Shown here: positions 11,185 through 22,960 of the stretch, piece by piece
How positions within the stretch are numbered: position 1 is the stretch's first letter
How the letters are laid out: every line of letters begins with the position of its first letter
Source of the DNA: Rhina ancylostomus
Taxonomy: Eukaryota
NCBI GenBank assembly: GCA_030265395.1
Contig: JARFYF010000104.1
Coordinates: 78,226,436 to 78,290,435, forward strand
Direction of reading: 5' to 3'
DNA: 64,000 bases
Position numbers and translations under genes: made by a program
The notes under the pieces: generated by a model
Seen by the model: the letters and a program-made list of their open reading frames with translations, nothing else
Databases searched by the model: none
What the model was told of the DNA's origin: nothing

Positions 11185-11420
11185 AACTGCAGATGCTGGA
11201 AATCTGAATTAAGAACAGAAACTGCTGGAACCACTCAGCAGTTCAGGGTGCATCTGTGGAAATTAACATTTCAAATCAGAGCCCTTTGATCAGAACTGGA
11301 AAAGGGAGAAAACGAGTTAGTTTTAAATTACAGAGAGTCTTGGGGAGGGGTGGATTGTATTAAAGAATTATCTCTGATAGGGTGTGGCCACGGTTGCTGT
11401 GGTGATAAACTGTTAATGAA
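11185..11420 (-). mobile_element. Penelope-like terminal repeat
   Basis: CTGCAGATGCTGGAAATCTG...CTGGAACCACTCAGCAG; the minus strand carries CAGTT-CTGATCA...GAAATGTT. Confidence 0.8.
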
Positions 11421-11984
11421 ATCATCTCAAACAACACAGTTTGTGTCTCCATTAATGAAATCATCTGATTGATAGGGTAATGAAAAAAGTTAAAGAGACA
11501 ATGTAAACGAAGGAACATGTAAAAGCTGTGAAATGCAAAGCTATAGGAAATGCCCAGTAGGTTAGGGTGTGCCAGTGGAAGTGAGAAACTGATCCAATGT
11601 TACAGATGGATCAGGAAATGCTTTTGGTTCATGGCTGATTTAAGGTGTGCTGTTCTCAAAATGATTGCAGAATNNNNNNNNNNNNNNNNNNNNNNNNNNN
11701 NNNNNNNNNNNNNNNNNNNNNNNNNNNNNNNNNNNNNNNNNNNNNNNNNNNNNNNNNNNNNNNNNNNNNNNNNNNNNNNNNNNNNNNNNNNNNNNNNNNN
11801 NNNNNNNNNNNNNNNNNNNNNNNNNNNNNNNNNNNNNNNNNNNNNNGCTTGACTCTGGCAAAAGAGAACAAATGGATCTGTCTTTCTCTGTGAATCGAGA
11901 TTCTCAGTGCTTCCTTGTGCAACATGAAGGTGTAACAGACATCTCCAGTTCCAACCCGGAAGTTACCAAAGGCATAAAATACTA

Positions 11985-12203
11985 TTGCTGCTGTTGCTGC
12001 AAACGAAAGCTTTCCACTGTATCTTGGTACATCCCTTCGGGTTCTCGATGCACTCTGTACTAACTCAGTGTATCTGCACTGTGTAATGAATTGATTTGTA
12101 TGAACGGTATGCAAGACAAGTTTTTCACTGTACCTTGGTACAAGTGACAATAATACAATACCAATACCAATACATGTGACAATAGTTAACCAATACCAAT
12201 ACC
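11985..12203 (+). mobile_element. Two nested Rex-type LINE 3' tails
   Basis: The motif TTT(C/T)CACTGTA(T/C)CTTGGTACA occurs twice, both with (ATACCA)n tails. Confidence 0.8.
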
Positions 12204-12221
12204 TTGATGACCACTCTTAAT

Positions 12222-12715
12222 GTCAAAATCAAAGAGAAGTTTATTGTCATATTCACAAATGATTGCAGTCAAGAATCACAGGAATCACAGGTGCAAAGAA
12301 AAACTTACAGCATCACAGGCACATAGCATCAAAAGCACAATACTCACAAGAAAAACAAAAAATAAACATGAATTATACATACTTTTTTACAAGAAAGAAC
12401 ATAATTAGAACAAAAACAAAGTCCATTGTAGTGCAAAGTGGTCAAAGCAGTTATAGTATTGCAATACTGAGGTAGTGATTAGGTTTGTGCACATTGATTC
12501 AATAACCAAATAGTTAAAGAGAAGTAGCTGTTCTTGAACCTGGTGGCGTGGGACTTCAGGCTTCTGTACCCCCGATGGTAGCTGCGAGAAGATGGCATGG
12601 CCTGGATGGAGGGATCTTTGAGGATAGGTGTTGCCTTCTTGAAGCAGCACCTTATGTAGATCCTACCGGTGGTGGGGAGGGATTTACCAGTGATGTATTG
12701 GGCTGAATCCACTAC
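12222..12715 (-). mobile_element. Rex1/Babar-type LINE 3' part
   Basis: ORF VVDSAQYITGKSLPTTGRIYIRCCFKKATPILKDP...YRSLKSHATRFKNSYF. Confidence 0.9.
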
Positions 12716-13690
12716 ATGGTCCTTGCTCATCGCTGAGGCTGGGAATTGTGGCTGCAGTTTGACAGATTTCATGAGGGCATCTTCAGTGCGGTATGGATGA
12801 TGAATCAATGAAGTTGGCAAGGTCAAGGCAGGCATCTTTACTCCTTGTGTTGTATTCCCTTACCATTTGTTGCAGACCTAGCTTGGTAACTTCAGAACTC
12901 AGTCAGCTTAGTCAGGAGTTTTACTGAGCAACTCTGAAGATGGATATTGACATTTCCATTCTGGGAGGGATATTCAATTCTTCTGCCCTGGGCCTGATCA
13001 CAGAACTTTACAGAGTAGTGGACAATATAAAGGATTAATGATTCATCAGCAGAGGGATGGTGGTGAATAGTAGTGAACAGAAAGATTCCTTGTTATGTTC
13101 GATATGAAAACATCGGGTTCAGACTTAATACTAAATGGCTCTAAGAGACATGCCCTTCCAATATATAACTGGGTTGTCACTGTCATTGGGTCCATGAACT
13201 AGGTAGGACAGAATATCCACAGGAATGATAATTAAGGAGATATGATTCTGTGAATATGGTAATGGCATGGTGTCAATTTATTGGTTGTGGGACAGCTCTC
13301 CCAACTTTGCACAAGTGCCCAGATTTTGATAAGTGTTTGCAATGTTGACTGTGCTGGATTGTCTTTGTTGTATCTTATGATAAGGTCAATGATGGATGAT
13401 GTATCCAGTGTTCTTCATTTTCAGTTTTGCAGCAGTCTTGATGCAACTGAGTGACTTGCTTGGCTGAGGAAAGTTGGGAGGCAACCCTGCTGGTCTGAGC
13501 CTGTGGTTACATTAAGGCAAAACTATGCAAAGATAATAGATTTCTCCCCTTAAAGAACTTTGGTGGACCAGATGGTTAAGATTGTTTAAGATTATGTTAT
13601 TTTCAGAATAGAAACTTCCAAGACATGGTGGTCATTAGTCATTTTTAGTGGATTACTAATCCAGCAATAAAATCACTAGGCCACCATGCT
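12716..13690 (-). mobile_element. 5' part of an old CR1/L2-group LINE (endonuclease region) contiguous with a tRNA-SINE-like head
   Basis: The minus strand is a decayed match to the ...KLGELSH....PDIVIxTES...IPGYVLS.. endonuclease region also present at 33000-33750 (+). The 13440-13690 part resembles the SINE at 41560-41790. Confidence 0.6.
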
Positions 13691-16149
13691 CACTTTTTTT
13701 TATGTGTCTCAGTATCGAAGTTTTGTTTGATGGTTACTCTTGTGATGACCCTAGCTTTTATGAAGTTAAGGAGTTTATAAACTCATACTGCTATGATGGG
13801 ACATACTCCTGGCATGAAGCAGCAAATCCTCCCTCCCACTGCAGTTCTTCATCTTGAACAGACATATCAACACTTTTTACTTCACAGCCAACATCATTAT
13901 AACCAAGTGACAGATCGTGGTGCAAATTGTTTCCATCTTGAAAATCCTTACTGGATTACAGAGATAATTTCCATCTCACTTGTTAATAGATTGTAAATTT
14001 AACTTTAAAATTCCAGTGATGCTGATGGTTCTCCTGATCTCACTAAACATGTTTTCAACCTTCATTCTTTGACCAGTGATTTGTATCCCTGGTATTCTAT
14101 CAGCTGCCTTATCATATAGTTTTGGCTGAGCAATACGACACTGTATGGCCTGTCTATAAATATATCCCTTGGAGTAGGCATTGACATACATAATGAAGTG
14201 ACTTCCAACACTCACTACCTGGACGTTCAGAGATTGAATTAATTTCCAGCTACTTAAGTTGAAAGGGCTTTCAGATGGGGCCTTTATAGGACATGGATGA
14301 CATCAGTGAGACTAATGTGAATCTTATGGCTCTGAAGAAGTGCTTTGGTAGGTCCTTGCCCTGAATTTTGTGTAATGCCATCGTTAGTGTGAAGATGTAA
14401 TTATTGTGTAAATGCACAATAAATATAATGNNNNNNNNNNNNNNNNNNNNNNNNNNNNNNNNNNNNNNNNNNNNNNNNNNNNNNNNNNNNNNNNNNNNNN
14501 NNNNNNNNNNNNNNNNNNNNNNNNNNNNNNNNNNNNNNNNNNNNNNNNNNNNNNNNNNNNNNNNNNNNNNNNNNNNNNNNNNNNNNNNNNNNNNNNNNNN
14601 NNNNNNNNNNNNNNNNNNNNNNNNNNNCCTGAAGCCATTGTATTGATGCCAGATTAATTTGGTGCTAAAATTTGTTGCATGGAAACAGTTAACCCAAGTT
14701 TATTCGTTCATGATTATTTGATGTACGTCAAGACCAATTTATTTTATTTTGTATCTGACAAAATGCTGTCAACAAACTTAGCTACAAAACCAAACCAATC
14801 CAATTCCATGTTAATCACTTTAACATATTAATATAAACTATTCCAGCTCAGTGCTTGTATGTTTATAAAGTATGTAACTGTGGGATTTCTGTTGTTAACA
14901 GAGATTATAATATTTTCCTTATGAATCCTGAACTTTCTAAAAGAATTCAGGGGTATGAAGTCAGTGACCTTGAACTCAAAGGGAGTGTGATATATTTCAA
15001 GGCAACATGAATCAAAAAATCTTTCCTCATTTTAAGTATAAAGCTCTAGTGCACATGAGTAATGCGTTTGAACCCATGTGGACATATGCCCCAGATTTGT
15101 TGGAAAATGATTGGGGAAAGGGCACTCAGGAAAATTGATTTTTTTGACAAAACGGCCAGAGTGGAAGAGGTATGTGTTTAATTTAAGTATTGCCTGAGAC
15201 GGAAATGCTTGCATTGCTGTTTGGTATAGGACCCAGGTGAAAAGGCTCCATTCACACATAGTTTTATGCTAAAAGCTGTTTAAAATATGAGTGGGAAATT
15301 GCCTTATGCGGACATTCAGTTCTTTTAAGACTGCAAATTCATCAAATAGCAATCTGTCAGCCTGATTCTGTTTTCCACAAAAGTTAACGTCTGCCACTTT
15401 AAATCATTGCAACATGATAGGCCTCAGTCAGTGGCCGCTGGAGTAATGTTCACCTAATGAAAAACTGCAACACATGTTCACCAGGATTCTTCCAAATTCT
15501 ATAGAGACAGCAAGAAAGATTTTCATTTTCTGTCTCCAAGTTTACCAGCATCACTCATACGTTACTGGGTCATAGGTTGTTTGGCTGCAGGACAAAGTCG
15601 ATTATAGTTGGTGATAATCTTTTGAAAGACCATAATTTATCTTTGTTTGAAAGGTGTTCTTTCTCCCTGGGCTATTGGTGAGAGCAGGATTAACAAATAT
15701 TCAATGGTGAATTCATAAAAGCTTTTGTCAGATCATATTTCCATAAATCCTTTAAAGGTGTTGTCAAAAGTAGATGGAGTGAAAAGTGTCAAATTCACAC
15801 AAAAGCTCCCTTGGGGCTCAAGGTATTTTGCAAAGATAAAGCTTAAAATTCACACTCTACCCCTATGGGTGAGAAATTGGTCTTGGCAGTGCCTCAGCTT
15901 TAGCCATTGTAAGTGTCTCTACAGTTCAAGACTAAGTCCCCGGCATGCTTGCAGATCTCTGACATGAAACTCGTTAGGTGCCATCTTAATAAAGATATGT
16001 ACAGTTGTAGGAAGTATGCAATACAGACAGATCATAATGTCAATCACCATGTAACTCTGTATCTAACTATTCTGGAATTTTTTTCTCTCTTCACTGCCCT
16101 CACTTACTTTACTCTATTTACACTCTCTCAGCTATGATTAACAAGTATA

Positions 16150-16385
16150 CATCACCCTCTCTTTTACAGCACCGATAGCAATGTCACCTGGACAATCTTA
16201 GTCTCCACCTGTAATGGATGTTCCCTGTGGTCTCTCTACTCCTCCTCTCTCCATAAGCTTCAAACACACTTGTCTTCTACTTTCTTAGTTCCAGTGAAAG
16301 ATTGTTGACCTGTAACTTTAAATCTATTTCTCCCTCCACTAATGCTGCCTGACCTGTGGAATATTTTCAGCATTTCCTGTACTTA
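16150..16385 (+). mobile_element. Penelope-like terminal repeat, decayed
   Basis: AGTTCCAGTGAAAGATTGTTGACCTGTAAC...CTCCACTAATGCTGCCTGACCTGTGGAATATTTTCAGCATTTCCTG. Confidence 0.7.
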
Positions 16386-18849
16386 TCGCAAATAATTCTG
16401 ATATGAATGAATGAATAAATATCAGGTGTATACAGGTTAGCTAAGTTTACTTCACTTCCTACCCAAGGACTCCAGATTTGGTCAAAGAACAGGTTAGAAA
16501 TTGAGAATTAGTCCTTCAGAGTCATCATGGCTTAAAATCATACCAAAAGACATACTTGCCCACCCAGCATTGGAAAAGCATTGCTATCGGGGATAAGCTT
16601 ATGACTGCTTTAATATTTATGCTTTCCATCAGAAACTATTGGAAACTCCAACAAAAAATTGACAAATTGATAGCAAAAATGCTTAGAAAAGAGGAANNNN
16701 NNNNNNNNNNNNNNNNNNNNNNNNNNNNNNNNNNNNNNNNNNNNNNNNNNNNNNNNNNNNNNNNNNNNNNNNNNNNNNNNNNNNNNNNNNNNNNNNTTGA
16801 TAGCAAAAATGCTTAGAAAAGAGGAAAAAATATAGACACCTCTCAGTTGTTGGAAAGGAATCCTTGCAACTGTGGCTATTTTCCCCACATAATTAATGGA
16901 AGTAGCAAATGAAGGCTTTAACTTGGGTTGGAGTGTTTTTAAAAATAAATGCCCATCTCTGTAATATTATGTGATATTGTCCTTTGAAAATTCAATGTGA
17001 ATGAGCAGAATCCTTTCTATCAACTTATTTGGTCTTAATATATTTTAAGTGCTCTAGTACTTCTTTAAATGTCAGAATACCTCATGAATAATTTAGTTTA
17101 GACACAGAAAATTGATGGGATCTACAACTAAATATTACTGTATGCACAGCAGTGCCACAAATAGTATATATATGTTGAGTAAAATTTAAAAGATTCTTCA
17201 AAACAGTTTTTCAAAAATCCAAGTAACCTTATTAATGCTCCATTTTCATGATAGTTCTACATTTTTATCCTCTCTCCCTTATATTATTTTCAAAACTCTG
17301 AAGACACTATGACCATGTGTAATAAATTTATTGCTTTTCCAGTCTTTGATTCTTTAACTTATCATTTTCTTTTTACTCCTGATTTCTATTCCCCTTCCTG
17401 TTGCATAAAACTAACGATCTGATGGAGATTCCTTCTGGGAAGCCTTAATATGAGACCGACAGGCAAAGGACTAGGATGTGTAAAAGCCAGTTCATGAACA
17501 CATCTGTGGGTTGACCTACAAACTCCCCGAATCACAGACCTGGAGACTAGACATCCAACAAGTGCTGTTTACAATTTTACCACGCTGCTGAAGACCAGGG
17601 GGGTCTCAGACCATTCAACACATGTGAATACACAGACATATAGTGCAGCGGGGGGAGGGGAACAAATCTCTTCTACTAGACCAGACGAGAGTGTGCAAAA
17701 GGCATATTTCCTTTTTTTTGCTGTCATTATTTATTGCATGGCAGGAACTGTATTCAGCTGCTTTCTGAAAGCATCTAACATTCAGATGAAAGGCAGCAAA
17801 AGCTAATGAAAAAGACATTTAAAAAAATCATAAAATATGTTTGACCTCTTCAGCCATCAGTCCTACACTGCATAAAATAGACTGGGATGGCAAAGCATGA
17901 AATGAATAGCAGTTTGTAGCAAGTTGCAGCTGAAAAAATACCAGGCTTAGTACTTTCAGTATTGTGAGTGGTTTAGAGTCGGAAAGTGTGACAGGGAAAT
18001 GCTGTGCTGTTCCCTTTCTCTAAATTCTCACTCTGAAAGGAGCTGGTCAACTGCCAGAAGCCGTTTGCTGTGATGAATGGCTCACACTGAAATGTTTTCA
18101 GAGAAAACATCACTTTTGTTTCTGAAAGACCTTCTCAGTGGAAGGCTATGTCACGGCCCGATTTGTTAATTTACCAACAGTGTTGTCAACCCAAACTCTC
18201 ACAGGCACACAGAAAGAAACAGTCTGTGTGACTGCTTGTAATATTAGATGTTTGGCTGCACTGAAAATAATAAAAAAATACCTTTGCTTTTTCACACTCC
18301 TCCTTTCAGATTCCTTGTGAAAAGCCCTAGGCAATTTGAGGCTTTTTCTGTTTTTATTTTGAGTGACTGAAAAGGTCAGTGTAGGTTAAAGCTTTTCAAA
18401 AAAGTAAATCATTTCATTGGGCAATACAAACTCTGAAAATGACTGCTTAGTTTGTCCTGAAAGACATAATGAGAACAAATTGCAAGTCTCCATGCAAGTG
18501 TAGGCATTTTATCTCATAGGTTAAAATCTTGAATACTAAGAGAAAACTGTAGCCTTTTATTTTGAACTAACTGAGTTATAAAGTGAATTTAATTGTATGG
18601 ATTGAAAGTTGAGTTTATCGGTAACCAAGTTCCAAAGTAAATGCAAATAAATCATATAAGTATAATATATATGCCTGCCTGTGTGCACGTATATTTTCTT
18701 TCTTTTATTATTCAGTTGATTCATTGGAATGTACATTCCATTAAAATTTATTTGCTTTTAGAGACTTTACACCCAGAATATATAAAATTCATTCTTGTTT
18801 TTTACTGACTTTCGTTGCTTAGATTTTAAAATTCTCAGCTGAGTATTCA

Positions 18850-19230
18850 ATCCTCCCTTGAGCTCATCACTATGTCTAAAACATTATCCAGACTATCTCC
18901 TTACGTGAGTTCATTTGCTGCTGAAGCCCTCATCCATGCCTTTATTAACCCCTTTCCAGTGTTCTTCTGGCCCGATGCCCCCATAAACCTGAGATCATTC
19001 AAAACTCTGCTGTCTATGTCCTAACACAAACCAGGAACCATTCACCCTACTTCCTGTGCTTTCTAATCTACAATTTCTGCCCATCAAACAACACCTTGAC
19101 ATACATTTCTGGTCCTTGATTTCAAACCTTTCTGTGATATCACTCTTGTCTTTGAAATCTCTTCCAAATGTTCATTCCTCTGAGCTATCTCCACTGCTCC
19201 AAGATAAACCTCTTGAACGTCCTTATACCA
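18850..19230 (+). mobile_element. L2 LINE fragment
   Basis: GCTGCTGAAGCCCTCATCCATGCCTTT (AAEALIHAF) and ATCATTCAAAACTCTGCTG (IQNSA) are L2 ORF2 motifs. Confidence 0.8.
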
Positions 19231-19279
19231 TTTACCAGTTACCAGGTCTTTATACCATTCATAAAATAATTGGCAGCAA

Positions 19280-19610
19280 CTCACTGAGATTTCCACAGCA
19301 ACACATGGAGAAGCTTAGGCATCCAAGAGCGAGCAGGATAAGAGCAACATTTGCTTGCATAACTCCACCATCTGCAAAGTTCTCCAAGTCACCTATCATT
19401 CTGCACTGGAAAGATATGTTGGTCTTCCTATGTGGTCACTTGGTCATAATTCTAGATTCATCCACCAATCACACCTCAAGAGTTGCTACACTGCAGGCAG
19501 TGCAGTGAGTCAAGTTTGTGGCTCCTCTCATCCTTCGGTGAAAATTAAGGATGATCATTATATGCTGATATTCCATCAATGGTCATGCTATATGAATGAA
19601 TGGAAATAAA
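19280..19610 (+). mobile_element. 3' tail of the old CR1/L2-group LINE
   Basis: ACTGGAAAGATATG...TGGTCATAATTCTAG...AATTAAGGATG...ATGAATGAA resembles the tails near 28000 and 43000. Confidence 0.55.
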
Positions 19611-19779
19611 TATAAAATTCCTCCTGGTGACATAGTTCCCATGTTACTATCCCTATGTTACTGAATATCTGCATGTCCATTTAATGACAAATCACAAACA
19701 TGAGAACAAAGCAAAACACTGTGCCAAAACCTTGAAAACCAAGCCTTACAACTGGCAGCTAATCAATGCACAGTTTCTG

Positions 19780-21510
19780 CCTTTCTTCTGGGTACCTTTG
19801 CATATCCAACTATTAAACCCAGTGTTCCCTCAGTAGCAGCAAACAAGCTGGTACAGTGGAGGACGCTGCAGATAAGGGTAAAAGATGACCTCTCAGCCTT
19901 ATTAACCTNNNNNNNNNNNNNNNNGGCTTGGTTCTGCATCATCTCACCTTGAGAAGCAGCAGTGCAGATCAGCAGGCTGATAGGAAAGTTCTCTGTTACT
20001 GTTAAAGTGATGGGATCATGAAAAGGGACAAGTGATTGAGATTCCACAAAGCTTCTGACTCTCCGCTGGGGCAAGGAGTCTGCAATTCTATCATTCTGTT
20101 GCAGGAGAGATTGCTGGAATACAATGGCACCCTCAAGCCCTCTTTGAGCAGTAGAATCTAGAGTCATGACAGCAGTGGCCTGACATTGCATGGCACCAAT
20201 TTAAGCTTCAGTGACAGATATCACTGCTTCCACTGCAGAACTTGTACATTGAGTGACTTTTGCCTGTTCTGCAGCAGATGTGGAGCCCAGTAGTGGTTGG
20301 GTCAGTAGGCATTGACAAGACCAGGCAAGACTGAGTTTCATGCTTTGTGCAAAGCCATGTGCACGGTTGGTGCCAGGCTCCCCCATGCTCCTAGACATTT
20401 CACACAGGCTTTCAGGCAGTCTGTCAATGCCCCAGGCATGCTCTTTGTCTGTTCCATCATGCTGCTCATCTGAGTCCTCCGTGGAGAACTATACAACCTC
20501 ATCTTCCAAGTAGTTGGCACAAAAGTTAATCTTTCTGCCTGGACTGATAGCAGATAATTTGTGCCCAACAGCTTGCTGTATACAGATCCTGCCTCAAAAC
20601 CAGTCTCTGTGTTACACAGTGTGCTGCTGTCAGAGCTGGGGACTATGCCAGTCATGCAGGTACCTTGTCCTTCATTTCTTTTCTGCTTATCTGTCAGGAC
20701 CTGGACAGTGGAGAATTCTTGAATATATAAAAAGACATGCTTAAGTTTGCTGGGCAAATAAAAGGAGTTGGTTAAACAATCTATATCTTTTAAATTATAC
20801 CTTGACGATGAACTGGGATGTGAGAAGAGGAATAGTTTGAACATATCGTCTTAAGCGATTCCTGAAATCCTGTGGGCCATGGTTTCCATGGTAACCAGCC
20901 TCATATTTACAAACACACTGACTTCCAGACCAGTAAGCCCATAGCAAGGTAGGAGCTGCCTGTATGTTGTCGCTGGCAGTGGCTATGCGTGGTTTCCTTC
21001 TGCTAGAGGGAAGGTTTGTTGGTGAATACATATCACTGTATCAGTATGTTATGCTTGCTATGGTTGAATAGATGTCAATGTGTGCAGGTTGTGTGCATGA
21101 AGGTTGGAGTTTGTTTTGTGGCAATATGAATATTAGAGGGGATTAGAATGGATAGAGATCATTATTGGCTGAAGGTGGTCAGGTAGATGGAACAATTTGT
21201 GAGTGCAGTCGTGCAGTTGTTTGCAGATAGGATATGTTGTTGTACTGTTTTCTCAATCTTTTGTATATCTCTGTATATCCCTAATCATGTGTGAGGCTGT
21301 TAAACTTTTTCTCGCAATGAGATCAGGTCCGTGAGCCATTGCTCCTGTGGTTAACGTCCCTTGCAACCTTCTCCAATTATTGCTTCCTTTCGCTCTGGAG
21401 GGCTCCCTGGTCTTCTATGCATGGAATAACTTTGGATTTGGCCTCCTCTCCATCTCTATATTTAAGTTGTTGACTAGTTAGTGAGAATGGGAAACCTGCT
21501 CCTCTGCTTA
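19780..21510 (-). pseudogene. Fossil Myb/SANT-like (MSANTD/NAIF1/MYPOP-like) gene, probably the DNA-binding ORF of a Harbinger transposon
   Basis: 21376->21290 reads LEKVARDVNHRSNGSRT*SHCEKKFNSLT, versus the recalled pattern WxxVAxxVN....RTWxQCxKKFNDL with both W codons mutated. Downstream are frameshifted, Ala/Gln/Ser-rich helical segments (MSRSMGEPGTNRAHGFAQSM; TAVMTLDSTAQRGLEGAIVFQQSLLQQNDRIA). Confidence 0.7.
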
Positions 21511-22234
21511 GTTTACTATGACTTTGTTAAATATTCCCACACCTCTGGAATTATTTCCAGTGATGATCATGGGCAGTGAGTATTTTCCATTTCAGAGATG
21601 TAAGATGTAGACTTGTACGCAAATTGAGCTGATCCTTGGGATTCCTGAATTCATTCCCCTTGAATGTCCATGAATGTGTAAAACAGAGTAATGATGCTAT
21701 CTGAAGGCTGCAATCATTTCCGAATGTGCAAGTGGCACTAGGTTAATCTGGCTCAAATCACTTGCACATCACTATTTTAATGTATATTTTCAATTCAATC
21801 AATTTTCTAAGCCCTAGGCTCCAACCAACTCTACTTAACATTTCAAATTTTCTTAAATATTGCTATTCAACTATAAATAATACAGAAAAATTGTGTATAA
21901 TATAAAGAAAAGCTCACTAAAAACTGAAATAAAACAGTGTGCTTTGGTTTCACTACCTCTATGCAGTAACTTTACATTAACTGAAGATTTTAGATCCCAG
22001 TGTAATGGCACAGGAGACTGAAGTGACTAATAAATACCTATGATTGTATAACCCAGTGTTATTGCAAACTTTAAGAGTAAATTGTGAAATAATTCCAAAA
22101 GTGGAAATACAACACTTATAGTATGTAACATTTTTAAATCATGTCAGCTTTATCATAAATATAGAAAGTTACATGCTGAAAAAAATTATTCAACTCACCA
22201 TCAATGCCAGTTTAAAAAGAGTTGTTTAGATTAA

Positions 22235-22960
22235 TCTAATTCCTGGCTTCTGTACCCAAGGTCCTGCAGGCTATGACACATCAATTGTTCATCCAGGTAC
22301 TCTTTAAATAAGCTGGAGGTGTCAAGCAGAGAGTTCCACCCACCATTTGCTGCGGAATTTAAATTCAAGTAGCTAAATAACTGCAATTAAAAAAAACCTA
22401 TCTCGGTAATAGTTATCATAAAATCACCATATTATTGGGAAAACACTCATCCACTTCACATATATCGTTCAGGGAAGGACATCTGCCATCATTACCTGGT
22501 CTGGGCACCTGTGCAGTTGCTGCTTCACTGCTTACTCACTTCAGAGATGATCAGGAATGGTTAGCAAGTGCTGGCATTGCAGGAAATGCCACATCCCACG
22601 AATAAATAAATCAAGTAAAAAGCCAAATACCCTTTCTGTGAAAAGAAAATCCTCACCTCCTCTTTAATTCTTTTACCTGTTTCCTTCGTTCTTAGTTATT
22701 GATCACTGAAGCTGAAAGTTCCTTCCTACTCAACCTACTGGACTCTCATAATTATTTTATGCACCTCAATCAAATCTTCTTCATGCCTCCTCTATTCCAA
22801 AAATAACAATGCAGCCAAACTCTCCACATCATTACAATTCTCCAGCCCTGGCAGCATTCTGTAAATCCTTTGCTTTCTTTGGAGTGCCATCACTTCTTCA
22901 CTGAAAGTGTTTATTTAAACTGCATATTGCAATCTTAATGTCTCCATACACAAAGTTCTA
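22235..22960 (-). mobile_element. Decayed CR1 LINE 3' part interrupted by a SINE
   Basis: CTCATAATTATTTTATGCACCTCAATCAAATC...CTCCAGCCCTGGCAGCATTCT is similar to other minus-strand CR1 3' ends in the window. Confidence 0.65.
22345..22620 (+). mobile_element. SINE sharing the 3' tail of the old CR1/L2-group LINE
   Basis: TTCAGGGAAGGACATCTGCCATCATTACCTGGTCTGG...GTGCTGGCATTGCAGGAAATGCCACATCCCACGAATAAATAAA. Confidence 0.65.

Noticed and set aside
16667-16826. Duplicated TTGATAGCAAAAATGCTTAGAAAAGAGGAA flanking a gap
   Set aside because: Same gap-edge overlap artefact.
19056-19508. 150-aa plus-strand ORF
   Set aside because: It is a chimeric read-through of an L2 fragment and another LINE tail.
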